DNA from: a virus
Taxonomy: Duplodnaviria > Caudoviricetes
Strand: one strand, 5' to 3'
DNA length: 64,000 bases
IMG/VR virus record: IMGVR_UViG_3300042154_002208
Shown here: piece by piece, positions 29,682-39,729 of the stretch
Layout of the letters: each line of letters begins with the position of its first letter
Position numbering within the stretch: the stretch's first letter is position 1
The notes under the pieces: generated by a model
Databases searched by the model: none
Told to the model about the DNA's origin: nothing
Seen by the model: only the letters and a program-made list of their open reading frames with translations
Translations under genes and position numbers: made by a program

Positions 29682-31109
29682 ATGTCGTTACAAATTACGT
29701 CATCGAATATAAGTATAACAGGTCGAACTCAGTTAATGGGCGATCCAAATGAGGTTGGTTTGCCTGGTATAACTGGTACTATTACTGCAAGTTCGCCCGA
29801 CGTATCCAATGCAGTTTTAAATTATAGTGTTACCAACACCGACGGATATACCGTATCTGAAGGGTTTGAAATAGCGGCAACATCCAATCTTGGGTCAAAT
29901 ATAAGTATTGTAACAACAACTGCAAGCGCAACAATTACTATGGAGAATTTATCTCCATCGGCAACTTATACCTTTACAGTTTATTCATATAATAAATTGG
30001 GTAGATCAAGAACAGGTGTTGTAAGTAATCAAATTTCAACATTAAATCCTGTTATACCTGCAGGCGCAATTATATTGTATAACGGAACTGATCCTAGCAA
30101 TGCATCTTGGCCCAGATATTCCGCAGCTGATAATTTATATCTGCAAGGCACAACGACACAGGGTGAAATAGCAACAAGTACTTCTCCGTCGACAAATGTA
30201 TCTTATACATATTCATTAGGTACTACTGGTGCGCATACATCAACATCCGGATACAGCTTTAATTCAAGTATAACCGCAGGATCGATCTCTGCTATACCGT
30301 TTAATCCTGCAGGAGATCATAGTCATGATTTAACGATTGCCCCCGCAACTGTTACCAATGCCAGACCACATACCGGCAATGTTACATTGTTAAGAGCATC
30401 CAGTAATCAAACAACATTCCCATCCAATACAATACATATTAATTCTTCAAATAAAAATGGTTGGACCCAGAAACTTGGAACAACATATAACCGATATGTT
30501 CGCGGAGTTTCTACAGGGGTGGCAGAGGTGGCCGCAGTTCCTGCGAGCGTATCCGGGACAACGTCAACAAACGGTCAACACGATCACGTACAGGGCGGAG
30601 TAAGAAGTTCTTCAAGCTCAGGCTCGGGAGTAGTTAACACCGCATCCGGCACGGGACAAAATCATGATCATAGTGTAACGGTAGAAGTTACCCCAGATTC
30701 AATAAAGGGCAAACTTTTTAAAATGTGGATTGCTGCATCTGCAGATTATGGATATGGAACTACTATGGTGATGTATGACGGCACACTGTCTGCATTGCCC
30801 TCATATTGGAAGGTATGCGACGGCACAAATGGCACTGTTGACATGCGAGGATACTTTTTAGGATATTCCACATCAGCTTCGGCGCATGCAGTTGAAACTG
30901 CAAATACATTAACAGTTTATTCAAGCGGTGCATATGGTGACTGGACACACCAACACGCCACTGCACAAACATCCGGCAATTCTTTTCGCGTGGATCAAAC
31001 AGGCCACCAAAGCCAAGGCTTCTCCCACACGCATACTGTTACCCCAGCCAGCGGTTCAGCAACGCACGATCCTGGAACATATCGGGTTGCATTTATTCAA
31101 TTATTATAA
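29682..31109 (+). CDS. Tail fibre protein with fibronectin-III-like and collar-like domains and HxH tip motifs
   Basis: LSPSATYTFTVYSYNKLG (FN3); IPAGAIILYNG and YWKVCDGTNGT collar-like; HSH, HDH, HQH, HTH motifs. Confidence 0.7.
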   Translation: MSLQITSSNISITGRTQLMGDPNEVGLPGITGTITASSPDVSNAVLNYSVTNTDGYTVSEGFEIAATSNLGSNISIVTTTASATITMENLSPSATYTFTVYSYNKLGRSRTGVVSNQISTLNPVIPAGAIILYNGTDPSNASWPRYSAADNLYLQGTTTQGEIATSTSPSTNVSYTYSLGTTGAHTSTSGYSFNSSITAGSISAIPFNPAGDHSHDLTIAPATVTNARPHTGNVTLLRASSNQTTFPSNTIHINSSNKNGWTQKLGTTYNRYVRGVSTGVAEVAAVPASVSGTTSTNGQHDHVQGGVRSSSSSGSGVVNTASGTGQNHDHSVTVEVTPDSIKGKLFKMWIAASADYGYGTTMVMYDGTLSALPSYWKVCDGTNGTVDMRGYFLGYSTSASAHAVETANTLTVYSSGAYGDWTHQHATAQTSGNSFRVDQTGHQSQGFSHTHTVTPASGSATHDPGTYRVAFIQLL

Positions 31110-31121
31110 CAAGGAAACATA

Positions 31122-31649
31122 ATGTTACATAACTATGTCTCAATAGATTTTTATAATGGAACAGTATCTTGTAGATTCAATGGTACGGGTTATTTATTTT
31201 CTGCCTCGTCTGTGTTTATAGAACACACAAATTTTCCATATACAGAAACTGTCCGTAGAGTTTCATACGAACCAGACAGAAACATTTATGTTGTTGAAGA
31301 ACTAAATGGTAAAATTTCTTCTGGACCAAGTTTGCCGGCAATTGTTTGGATCGCAGAACATTTGACAAATATCGAACAAGCAGCAATAGCAGACGTGGCA
31401 ATGAATACTGCAAGAGTTCCTGCATCTGCTCAACGAGAAATGTTGATATATAATACTGATTACATTTTACAAAGACATCAAGAAGAGACTTTGTTAAATA
31501 TTTCCCATAAACTAACAGATCAACAATTTGCAAATGTACTGTCATACAGACAAGCACTTAGAGATCTAGATGTGAATGGTTATGTTGAGGGCACTACTAA
31601 AATTAAAACAATAAGTGATGTTACTTGGCCGACAAATCCACTAGAATAA
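31122..31649 (+). CDS. Tail fibre assembly chaperone-like protein
   Basis: C-term YRQALRDL...WP motif, downstream of a fibre gene. Confidence 0.65.
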   Translation: MLHNYVSIDFYNGTVSCRFNGTGYLFSASSVFIEHTNFPYTETVRRVSYEPDRNIYVVEELNGKISSGPSLPAIVWIAEHLTNIEQAAIADVAMNTARVPASAQREMLIYNTDYILQRHQEETLLNISHKLTDQQFANVLSYRQALRDLDVNGYVEGTTKIKTISDVTWPTNPLE

Positions 31650-31655
31650 CACAGA

Positions 31656-32045
31656 ATGGTTTTTGATTTGACTGAAGAAAATTTCGTAATGTATGCAATG
31701 AAACACTATGATAACCCACACTGTAAAGGTATGGCAGAATTCTTAGATGATATAAAACGATTTAAATATATTAAACGTCTATTGGGCAAGTATCATAGCG
31801 ATAAAGGCTTAAAAGAAAGATTGATAATTAATCATATCATTGTGTTAAACAATTTGTTTGGAGTTGAGGCGGCAACAAAGATGTTGTTCTTTAAGACAGA
31901 AGAAAGATTCTGGCCTCAGTTAAAAACATTTTTGGTATTTTTAAATTATATGCCGGAAAAGGTTGTTATATCAAGCAGTCAAATTATTTTGGATGCTGAC
32001 ATTGCAATTGATTCAAACATAGCAAACGTATTAAGAAAAGTATAA
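31656..32045 (+). CDS. Conserved T4-like phage hypothetical protein
   Basis: LTEENF..YAMKHYDNP..KRFKYIKRLL..LKERLIINHIIVLNNLFG motif recalled from T4-like myoviruses. Confidence 0.75.
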   Translation: MVFDLTEENFVMYAMKHYDNPHCKGMAEFLDDIKRFKYIKRLLGKYHSDKGLKERLIINHIIVLNNLFGVEAATKMLFFKTEERFWPQLKTFLVFLNYMPEKVVISSSQIILDADIAIDSNIANVLRKV

Positions 32046-32046
32046 A

Positions 32047-32601
32047 ATGGGAAAATTTGTAGATTCCATTATTGCATATAGAATTCTAAAACTCTTGGTC
32101 ACACCATTTGATCAAACAGATGCTTATAAATTAGGTATCATTGATGCAAAGGGCAAAGAGTTAAAAAGAATGCAAGAATTAAATTCAGTTAATGAAAGAG
32201 ATGCATATACTTTATTGCATCGATTGGTCTTTAGATTAAAGAAAATCATTGAAAAAGTGCCTATAGATAACAAAAAATTGCTATCTTTAGCTGCAGCTTA
32301 TGCTCTTATCAAAGAGAATTTGGATCAAAATAATGAGCCAATTGACCTAGAAACACAGTATATAAATAAATTAAACGAGGAATTACAATCTGAAGTAATG
32401 ATTGTTGAAGAGTTCCTGTATGAGAAAAAATTGTTTACATTTAAGCAATTTAGTGAAGAAGGCGAGGGAATGGCGGCAGCAGCACCTGCAAACAATGCCG
32501 CAGTTACTTCAGGTATAAAGGGTTTGACCGGCGAACCACCTGTTAGCAAAAAAGCGCAGAAACGTTGGACAAATAAGAACAGTATTATTAGGAGAAAATA
32601 A
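32047..32601 (+). CDS. Conserved T4-like phage hypothetical protein
   Basis: YRILKLLVTPF..TDAYKLGIIDAKG motif. Confidence 0.75.
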   Translation: MGKFVDSIIAYRILKLLVTPFDQTDAYKLGIIDAKGKELKRMQELNSVNERDAYTLLHRLVFRLKKIIEKVPIDNKKLLSLAAAYALIKENLDQNNEPIDLETQYINKLNEELQSEVMIVEEFLYEKKLFTFKQFSEEGEGMAAAAPANNAAVTSGIKGLTGEPPVSKKAQKRWTNKNSIIRRK

Positions 32602-32897
32602 TGGAAATATTTTTAGGGTTAGCCGCACTAGTTGCAATTTTATATTATGGTTACTTGAGATTTTTCAAGACTGACACTACTGATTTGAAAGAACCAGCGG
32701 TTGTCGCAGATACACCAGTAGAACCAGCTGCACCTGTTGTGGAAGCCGCACCTGAACCTGTTGCAGAAAAAGCACCTGAGCCTGTTGTGGAAGCCGTACC
32801 TGAACCTGTTGCAGAAGTCGCACCTGAGCCAGTAGCAGTTGCACAAACTGTTGCCAGAGTGAAATCTTCTACTCCAAGAGCTAAGAAGAAAAAATAA
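32601..32897 (+). CDS. Membrane-anchored protein with Pro/Glu/Ala/Val repeats
   Basis: N-terminal TM helix, tandem (V/A)AE(A/K/V)(A/V)PEP-like repeats, basic C-tail. Confidence 0.7.
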   Translation: MEIFLGLAALVAILYYGYLRFFKTDTTDLKEPAVVADTPVEPAAPVVEAAPEPVAEKAPEPVVEAVPEPVAEVAPEPVAVAQTVARVKSSTPRAKKKK

Positions 32898-33202
32898 TGG
32901 CTACTTCGCAAGAACGAATCGGAGTCTTAGAGACCCGAGTTGAGGGTATCAATGAAAAAATGGATACCTTAAAAGCTGATGTTAAAGAGATGCACGATTG
33001 TTTGGATAAAACACGTGACGATCTGAGCGCTAAACTCGATAAGATGTACGATGCTTCTTGCTCTCAGCATAACGCGCTAAACGACAAAATCGAATCTATT
33101 GAAAAAATAAAAGATAAATGGACTTATATGGCATGGGGCGGATTGGCCGTAATTGGCTTCCTATCTGGCCATATTGATAAGATTCAAACACTTTTTAATT
33201 GA
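32897..33202 (+). CDS. Coiled-coil protein with C-terminal TM segment (XhlA/holin-like, uncertain)
   Basis: Heptad region followed by WTYMAWGGLAVIGFLSG. Confidence 0.6.
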   Translation: MATSQERIGVLETRVEGINEKMDTLKADVKEMHDCLDKTRDDLSAKLDKMYDASCSQHNALNDKIESIEKIKDKWTYMAWGGLAVIGFLSGHIDKIQTLFN

Positions 33203-33227
33203 CCTTATAGCCTAGCTATATTATAAT
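33199..33227 (+). promoter_or_regulatory. sigma70-type promoter of primase
   Basis: TTGACC-17 nt-TATAAT. Confidence 0.7.
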
Positions 33228-33249
33228 AAGGCTCTCCTGGAGCCTTTTT
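33228..33249 (+). terminator. Intrinsic terminator-like hairpin that also covers the primase RBS
   Basis: AAGGCTC-tcctg-GAGCCTT + TTT, immediately before ATG 33250. Confidence 0.65.
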
Positions 33250-34266
33250 ATGTCTTTATTCGTTGATCTTAAATATCTTAAACTAATCAGTAATCGTTTG
33301 CCGTTGTTCAAACAAAAGAACGACCGGTTATACAATTGCCGATGTGTTATCTGCGGTGATTCTTCAGTTAAGAAGAATAAAACGCGTGGTTACTTTTATG
33401 CGGTAAAAAATGAATTGTTTTACAAGTGTCACAACTGTAATGTTTCAATGCATTTTGGTACATTCTTAAAACAATTGGATTCATTGCAGTACAGCCAATA
33501 TGTCTTAGAGCGTTATAGCGAAGGCATGCCAATGAATAAGCCACACCAAAAGGCCGAGCCTGCATTTAAAATGGCAGCACCTGTATTTGAAAAGAAAAAC
33601 ATTCTTGATGAATTGCTTGATCGTTTAGATAAATTGCCGGATGATAATGAGGCAGTTAAATTTTGCCTTGATAGAAAAATCCCAAGAGAAAAGTTTGATG
33701 GATTATATTATATCGATGACATTAGAAAGATAGAACAATTATCTGACAAGTACAAAGGCACATTAAAGACTGATGAGCCCAGGCTTGTTATTCCTTTTTA
33801 TGATGCTGAAGGTGTGTTAACCGGTGTTACTTGTAGAGCATTGCGAGGCGAATCATTGCGCTATGTTACTATTAAGATATCGGAAGACCGACCATTTATA
33901 TTTGGTCTAGATAAAGTTAATCGTAATAAAAAGATATATGTGGTTGAAGGCCCTATTGATAGTTTGTTCATTGACAATTGTATTGCTGTTGCAGGTACTG
34001 CATTTGGTAAACTTGATACGTTGGGCATACCAAAAGACAAATTGGTTGTTATATTTGATAATCAACCTAGAAACAAAGAAGTCTCAAAAATTATAGACAA
34101 AGCTGTGAATAGCAATTATAATGTTGTTATCTGGCCACAAACTCTACAAGAAAAAGATATTAACGATATGATACTAGCGGATAAAGACCCAGCAAAGATT
34201 ATTTCGAAGAACATATATAATGGTCTAGAAGCAAAGATGAAATTTACTGCATGGAAAAGGTGTTAA
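33250..34266 (+). CDS. 61: DNA primase (T4 gp61-like)
   Basis: Zn finger CVICGDS...CHNC, TOPRIM VVEGPIDSLF, FDNQPRN, KDINDM. Confidence 0.95.
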   Translation: MSLFVDLKYLKLISNRLPLFKQKNDRLYNCRCVICGDSSVKKNKTRGYFYAVKNELFYKCHNCNVSMHFGTFLKQLDSLQYSQYVLERYSEGMPMNKPHQKAEPAFKMAAPVFEKKNILDELLDRLDKLPDDNEAVKFCLDRKIPREKFDGLYYIDDIRKIEQLSDKYKGTLKTDEPRLVIPFYDAEGVLTGVTCRALRGESLRYVTIKISEDRPFIFGLDKVNRNKKIYVVEGPIDSLFIDNCIAVAGTAFGKLDTLGIPKDKLVVIFDNQPRNKEVSKIIDKAVNSNYNVVIWPQTLQEKDINDMILADKDPAKIISKNIYNGLEAKMKFTAWKRC

Positions 34267-34267
34267 G

Positions 34268-34957
34268 ATGAAGGTGAAATTGATTAGTTACAGCAAGCCC
34301 ACACGTGAGTTAGTGTCCGACGGCTTGTATGATGCACAGGACCTAGTAGCGTTTTGTGCGAGAGTTTCAAATCCCGCAAACCAATATAACACAGAAACAT
34401 CTGAGAAGTTGATTAAGTATTTGATTAAGCATCAACATTGGTCACCTCTTGAAATGGTTTCTGCCTGTGTTGAGATTGAAACTACAAGAGACATTGCCAG
34501 ACAAATTCTTCGTCATAGAAGTTTTTCCTTTCAAGAATTTAGTCAACGATATGCGGATCCTACACAGGATTTAGATTTTGTTATTCGTGAAGCACGTTTA
34601 CAAGATACAAAGAATCGTCAAAATTCTGTTGAGATAGATTTACAAAATGATGAACAACGGCAAATTGCTTATCAGTGGCAGAATCTACAACGAGATCTTA
34701 TTAACAAGACTAGAGACATATATACTTGGGCTGTTTCTAAAGGCATTGCCAAAGAACAAGCCAGAGCAGTGCTTCCCGAAGGATTGACAGTAAGTAGACT
34801 TTATATGAATGGAACCTTAAGAAGTTGGATCCACTATATAATACTAAGAGCCGACAATGGAACTCAGAAAGAACATGCTGAGATTGCCCTGGCTTGTGCT
34901 GAAGTGATCGCGGAAATATTCCCAATGACTAAGGACTTGATAAATGAACCCAAGTGA
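34268..34957 (+). CDS. thyX: FAD-dependent thymidylate synthase ThyX
   Basis: HWSPLEM, RQILRHRSFSFQEFSQRY signature, EQARAVLP. Confidence 0.97.
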   Translation: MKVKLISYSKPTRELVSDGLYDAQDLVAFCARVSNPANQYNTETSEKLIKYLIKHQHWSPLEMVSACVEIETTRDIARQILRHRSFSFQEFSQRYADPTQDLDFVIREARLQDTKNRQNSVEIDLQNDEQRQIAYQWQNLQRDLINKTRDIYTWAVSKGIAKEQARAVLPEGLTVSRLYMNGTLRSWIHYIILRADNGTQKEHAEIALACAEVIAEIFPMTKDLINEPK

Positions 34958-34981
34958 TAATTACAACCTTCCCAAATAAAA

Positions 34982-35428
34982 ATGTGGTATCTATCTCTAT
35001 TACCTAGTATTGTCTTTCATGCTATATTGGCAGCAGGATTGTTGTTTATACTTGTTAGCATGGTGCTCAAGGTAGTGCCATTCATAAGTACATACTACAT
35101 ACCTATTCGCATTGCAGGCTTTGTGCTTTTTGTAGCGGGTGTATACTTTGAAGGCGGCCTTGGAATACAGGCAGAAATGATTAGTAGAATAAAAGAGATG
35201 GAAGCCAAAGTTGCCGCAGCTGAAGCTGAAAGCAAACAAGTGAACATTAAGATACAGGAAAAAGTAGTATACAAGCAACAGATAGTTCGTGAAAAAGGCG
35301 CAGAAGTTATAAAGTACATAGATAGAGAAATAGTCAAATATGATACTAAATTTGCTCCTGGCGGTATTTGTGAACTTCCCAAGGAATTTTTCATATCACA
35401 TAATGAAGCGGCAAAGGAACGTAGATGA
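34982..35428 (+). CDS. Putative inner-membrane spanin (Rz-like)
   Basis: N-terminal TM helices then coiled coil; overlaps the downstream lipoprotein gene. Confidence 0.6.
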   Translation: MWYLSLLPSIVFHAILAAGLLFILVSMVLKVVPFISTYYIPIRIAGFVLFVAGVYFEGGLGIQAEMISRIKEMEAKVAAAEAESKQVNIKIQEKVVYKQQIVREKGAEVIKYIDREIVKYDTKFAPGGICELPKEFFISHNEAAKERR

Positions 35429-35691
35429 AACTCCACATTGCTCTTTTATTGCTTATATCATTGACAGGATGTTCAACAACTGTCCCTGTTGTTGCAAAAT
35501 TTCCAGAAGTTCCTAAAGTGTTACTAACAAAATGTCCCAATCTACAAGAACTTAGTACAGATGCAAAACTAAGTGATGTGGCAAAAACAATTACGGTAAA
35601 TTATAGCTCATACTATGAATGCGCAGTTAAAATGGATGCGTGGATAGAATGGTATGGCGTACAAAAAATAATATATGAAGGAATAAAATGA
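35425..35691 (+). CDS. Putative outer-membrane spanin lipoprotein (Rz1-like)
   Basis: Lipobox LTGC, Pro-rich segment, NY..YYEC motif. Confidence 0.65.
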   Translation: MKLHIALLLLISLTGCSTTVPVVAKFPEVPKVLLTKCPNLQELSTDAKLSDVAKTITVNYSSYYECAVKMDAWIEWYGVQKIIYEGIK

Positions 35692-36050
35692 AAAAATTAT
35701 TAATTTTATTGAGTATTACTTTCCTATCAGGATGTAGTACAATCGGAGATTTACAAAAATATTGGCCCAGACCACACGATCCAATTATGTTTGGATATTT
35801 GGTCAGTACCGATATTGAAATAAACAAAGTTGATTGCGAAAAAAGCAATTGGTCAAATGTATTAATCTACACAGAACAATTGGTAAAATATACAGAATGG
35901 CGAAATGATCCGCAACAAGATAATATCAAGGGATTACACAGTCACGCAATAAAGATGAATAGCGGTGCAAGTAAAACCTTTTGTGAGTTAGGTAAAAAGA
36001 CAGCATCACAAAGAGTAAACGCAACAAGAAAATCCTGGGAGAAACGATAA
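35688..36050 (+). CDS. Lipoprotein, hypothetical
   Basis: Signal peptide with lipobox LSGC. Confidence 0.7.
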   Translation: MKKLLILLSITFLSGCSTIGDLQKYWPRPHDPIMFGYLVSTDIEINKVDCEKSNWSNVLIYTEQLVKYTEWRNDPQQDNIKGLHSHAIKMNSGASKTFCELGKKTASQRVNATRKSWEKR

Positions 36051-36238
36051 TGCATCCATTAGAAGAAGAAATTAAATCAATAGTTGAAGAATTTTTAGCA
36101 GGTAAAATTACCTTAGAAGAAAAAACATATTTGCTACAAGAGATTCGAGATGTTCGTATAGCACAAGAATGCGCAGATGATGAAGAAAGAGTTAGAATCG
36201 TTGCACACGTGTGCAGCATGGCGCTAGCATTAAGTTAA
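36050..36238 (+). CDS. Hypothetical protein
   Basis: Coupled to the upstream gene (TAATG), 62 aa. Confidence 0.6.
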   Translation: MHPLEEEIKSIVEEFLAGKITLEEKTYLLQEIRDVRIAQECADDEERVRIVAHVCSMALALS

Positions 36239-36258
36239 AATAAAAAATTGGAGTAAAG

Positions 36259-38070
36259 ATGACGCAAGAAATTGTGCATGGGATTAATGTCGATTATACT
36301 AGAGATAGTTTATTCGACGAGTTAGGTATTAAGAGATTAAAAGAAAGTTACATGAAAGAGGATGAAGTGTCTCCTCAGGAAAGGTTTGCCTATGTTTCCA
36401 AGACGTTCGGGACTAATGCAAAACATTCGCAAAGACTGTATGAATATAGCAGTAGACATTGGTTGTCATATTCTACTCCTATTCTCAGCTTTGGGCGTAG
36501 TAAGCGTGGCCTTCCTATATCATGTTTTTTACCTTATTTACATGATAGTGCTGAGGGGCTGGTTGATTGTCTCGCCGAAGTAAACTGGTTGTCCATGATG
36601 GGCGGAGGAGTGGGAATTGGTATTGGAATACGTTCATCGGATGATAAATCGGTTGGAGTCATGCCCCACCTTCGCACATATGACGCATCATCTCTCGCTT
36701 ATCGACAAGGTAGGACTCGTCGTGGTAGTTATGCCGCTTATCTTGATATTAGTCATCCGGATATTCTCATATTTCTAGAGATGAGAAAGCCAACGGGCGA
36801 TCCCAATATGCGTTGTTTAAATTTGCATCACGGTATCAATATCACCGATGACTTTATGCACCTAATCGAGCGCGCCATGATTGATCCCGAGATGGATGAT
36901 ACTTGGGAATTAAAAGATCCTCACAACGGCGAAGTCAAAGATAAAATATCGGCAAGAGAGTTATGGCAACGCATTTTAGATATGCGTATGCAAACAGGTG
37001 AGCCCTATTTACATTTTATTGACAGTAGCAATAGAGCTATGCCCGAGTTCCAAAAGAAGTTGGGACTCAGTATTAAGCAATCTAATTTGTGCAGTGAAAT
37101 TATTTTACCAACGGATAAAGATCGTACTGCGGTATGTTGCTTATCCTCTTTAAACTTGGAGTATTATGATGATTGGAAAGATGACAGACTTTTTCTTCGG
37201 GACGTTGCGGAGATGCTCGATAACGTCTTGCAGTATTTCATTGATAATGCTCCTGACAGCATATCACGCGCAAGATTTAGTGCTACTCGTGAACGGTCTA
37301 TTGGTATTGGTGCTCTCGGTTGGCACGCTCTACTACAAAAGAACAACCTCCCGTGGGAATCAGCGTCGGCAACAGGATTGAATCATAAGATATTTGCACA
37401 CATTCGTAAGGAACTAGATAATGCTAACATTCAGTTGGGTAAAGAACGAGGCGAAGCACCTGATGCGACAGGTACTGGACGCCGCTTCTCTCATATGCTT
37501 GCTATTGCTCCAAACGCTTCTTCTTCTATTATTATGGGTAATACTTCCCCTTCTATTGAGCCGCTTCGTGCGAACGCATATAGACAAGATACTTTATCGG
37601 GCTCAATGCTCAACAAAAACAAATGGTTGAATAGAGTTATTGAAAAACATCTTTCAGGTGAAGGTGATATAGTTAATCAAGATGATTACAATGAAATTTG
37701 GTCAAGCATTATTGCCAATGATGGTTCAGTACAACATTTGTCCTGGATGGATGACTGGACAAAGGATGTGTTTAAAACATCTATGGAAATTGACCAGCGT
37801 TGGGTAGTACAACATTCTGCAGACAGACAGCAATATATAGATCAAGCACAATCTGTTAATCTATTCTTTAGACCAGATAGCAATATTAAATATATTCATG
37901 CGGTTCACTTTCAAGCATGGAAACAAGGCCTAAAGACATTGTACTATTGCCGCAGTGAAAAGATTGGTAAAGCAGATAAGATATCAAAGAAAATAGAGCG
38001 ACAAGTCATGGAAGAGATTGACTTGAAAGCATTAGCAACCGAAGACATTTGTTTAGCTTGTGAAGGATAA
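36259..38070 (+). CDS. nrdA: Ribonucleotide reductase class Ia alpha subunit (short form, no ATP-cone evident)
   Basis: QSNLCSEI active-site motif, IAPNASSS, KTLYY, C-terminal CLACEG. Confidence 0.97.
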   Translation: MTQEIVHGINVDYTRDSLFDELGIKRLKESYMKEDEVSPQERFAYVSKTFGTNAKHSQRLYEYSSRHWLSYSTPILSFGRSKRGLPISCFLPYLHDSAEGLVDCLAEVNWLSMMGGGVGIGIGIRSSDDKSVGVMPHLRTYDASSLAYRQGRTRRGSYAAYLDISHPDILIFLEMRKPTGDPNMRCLNLHHGINITDDFMHLIERAMIDPEMDDTWELKDPHNGEVKDKISARELWQRILDMRMQTGEPYLHFIDSSNRAMPEFQKKLGLSIKQSNLCSEIILPTDKDRTAVCCLSSLNLEYYDDWKDDRLFLRDVAEMLDNVLQYFIDNAPDSISRARFSATRERSIGIGALGWHALLQKNNLPWESASATGLNHKIFAHIRKELDNANIQLGKERGEAPDATGTGRRFSHMLAIAPNASSSIIMGNTSPSIEPLRANAYRQDTLSGSMLNKNKWLNRVIEKHLSGEGDIVNQDDYNEIWSSIIANDGSVQHLSWMDDWTKDVFKTSMEIDQRWVVQHSADRQQYIDQAQSVNLFFRPDSNIKYIHAVHFQAWKQGLKTLYYCRSEKIGKADKISKKIERQVMEEIDLKALATEDICLACEG

Positions 38071-38072
38071 AA

Positions 38073-38327
38073 ATGAAAAAAGTAATAAGATTTACAGCAT
38101 CATGGTGCCAACCATGTAAAGCAATGGCCAGTATACTTGAAGAAGTTAATACTACTATGAATATTCCTATTGAAGTTGTGGACATTGATGTGCATCAAGA
38201 AGTTGCAATTGAATTTGGAATTAGAAGTGTCCCTACACTTGTTAAGATAGATGAAAATGGTAATGTTGCTGGCAGACTAATAGGCGTTAGAGCAAAAAAT
38301 TTAGTAGAAGAGTTCCTCAATGATTAA
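38073..38327 (+). CDS. Thioredoxin
   Basis: WCQPC, VPT cis-Pro loop; between nrdA and nrdB. Confidence 0.9.
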   Translation: MKKVIRFTASWCQPCKAMASILEEVNTTMNIPIEVVDIDVHQEVAIEFGIRSVPTLVKIDENGNVAGRLIGVRAKNLVEEFLND

Positions 38328-39312
38328 AAAAACAAAATCCAATTTAATGGATACTAGAGACTCATTCAAACCCTTCAATTACCCTTGGGCATATGATGCA
38401 TGGTTGAAGCATGAGCAAAGTCATTGGTTACACACAGAAGTACCAATGGTAGAAGATGTTAAAGATTGGAAAAAGAAACTAAATGCAAACGAAAAACAAT
38501 TCCTCACGCATATTTTCCGCTTTTTTACACAGGGAGATATCGACGTTGCTGGCGGTTACGTCAACAATTACCTTCCTTATTTTCCTCAGCCAGAAGTACG
38601 CATGATGCTATTGGGCTTTGCAGCACGCGAAGCTCTACATATTGCAGCATACTCACATTTAATTGAGACATTGGGATTGCCCGAGACAATGTATAATGAG
38701 TTCTTAGCTTATGAAGAAATGAAAGCCAAGCATGATTATGTCTTAGATATATCACAACAAAACTCCACAAAAGAAAACACCGCAAAGCATATTGCTATCT
38801 TCTCAGCATTTACAGAAGGTATGCAACTGTTTAGTTCTTTTATTATGTTGTTGAATTTCCCTCGTCATGGCAAAATGAAGGGCATGGGACAAATTGTTAC
38901 TTGGTCTATTGTGGATGAAACTCAGCATTGTGAGTCTATGATTAAATTATTCAGGACATATATACAAGAGAATCCCGAGATTTGGAACGATGAACTCAAA
39001 GGTGAACTGTATACAATTGCTGAGCAAATGGTTCTACTCGAAGAACGCTTTATTGATTTGGCATTTGCAATGGGTCCTATGGAAAATTTAGACTCAGCCG
39101 ACGTTAAACAGTATATCCGTTATATTACTGATCGTAGACTTATTAGTCTTGGTCTTAAGGGTATTATGAAGGTTAAAAAGAATCCGCTACCTTGGGTTGA
39201 AGAAATGATTAATGCACCTATTCACACTAACTTCTTTGAGAATAGAGCAACCGATTATGCCAAAGCAGCACATACAGGTAACTGGGAAGATGTTTGGGCA
39301 AAACAAAAATGA
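38320..39312 (+). CDS. nrdB: Ribonucleotide reductase class Ia beta subunit
   Basis: FFTQGD, EALH..AY, FTEGMQLFSSF, DETQH, NFFE.RATDY. Confidence 0.97.
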   Translation: MIKKTKSNLMDTRDSFKPFNYPWAYDAWLKHEQSHWLHTEVPMVEDVKDWKKKLNANEKQFLTHIFRFFTQGDIDVAGGYVNNYLPYFPQPEVRMMLLGFAAREALHIAAYSHLIETLGLPETMYNEFLAYEEMKAKHDYVLDISQQNSTKENTAKHIAIFSAFTEGMQLFSSFIMLLNFPRHGKMKGMGQIVTWSIVDETQHCESMIKLFRTYIQENPEIWNDELKGELYTIAEQMVLLEERFIDLAFAMGPMENLDSADVKQYIRYITDRRLISLGLKGIMKVKKNPLPWVEEMINAPIHTNFFENRATDYAKAAHTGNWEDVWAKQK

Positions 39313-39728
39313 AAACTTTTAAAGAACTAAAAGAAAAAAATGATAGTTTAGTAGAGGCAGTTAACAAAGGTTGCCCTATTGCTACTCATGATTTAGATAT
39401 TAATGTTAAAAATCGGCAAGAGGCTATAGACGATCATCATTATGGTCCTGCCAATCCAGATGAACCTGGAGACTATTGGAAAATTTCAGCTAAGCAATGG
39501 GGTATTAGTGAGAAAACAGCGCAGACCATGAGATGCAGTAACTGCGCTGCATTTAATATTACCGATGCAATGTATAAATGCATTGAAGATGGTATGGGCA
39601 AAGAAGCATTTGAAGCTGAAAAAACTAGAGAATCTGCAGATTTAGGATATTGTAACTTGTTACATTTTAAATGTGCTGGTACTAGAAGTTGCGAACTGTG
39701 GATAACAGGCGGCCCTATTATAAAATAA
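39309..39728 (+). CDS. Cys-rich conserved phage hypothetical protein
   Basis: CP...RCSNCAAF...GYC...FKCAG.RSC motifs. Confidence 0.7.
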   Translation: MKTFKELKEKNDSLVEAVNKGCPIATHDLDINVKNRQEAIDDHHYGPANPDEPGDYWKISAKQWGISEKTAQTMRCSNCAAFNITDAMYKCIEDGMGKEAFEAEKTRESADLGYCNLLHFKCAGTRSCELWITGGPIIK

Positions 39729-39729
39729 A

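Noticed and set aside
32361-32368. TATAAATA motif
   Set aside because: Inside a CDS and 233 nt from the next start; could be functional but is unsupported.
32700-32840. Tandem ~24-nt repeats
   Set aside because: Encode the Pro/Glu/Ala/Val linker of a membrane-anchored protein; ordinary low complexity.
36259-39312. Introns or inteins in nrdA/nrdB
   Set aside because: Both ORFs are continuous and of compact length, with no visible insertions.
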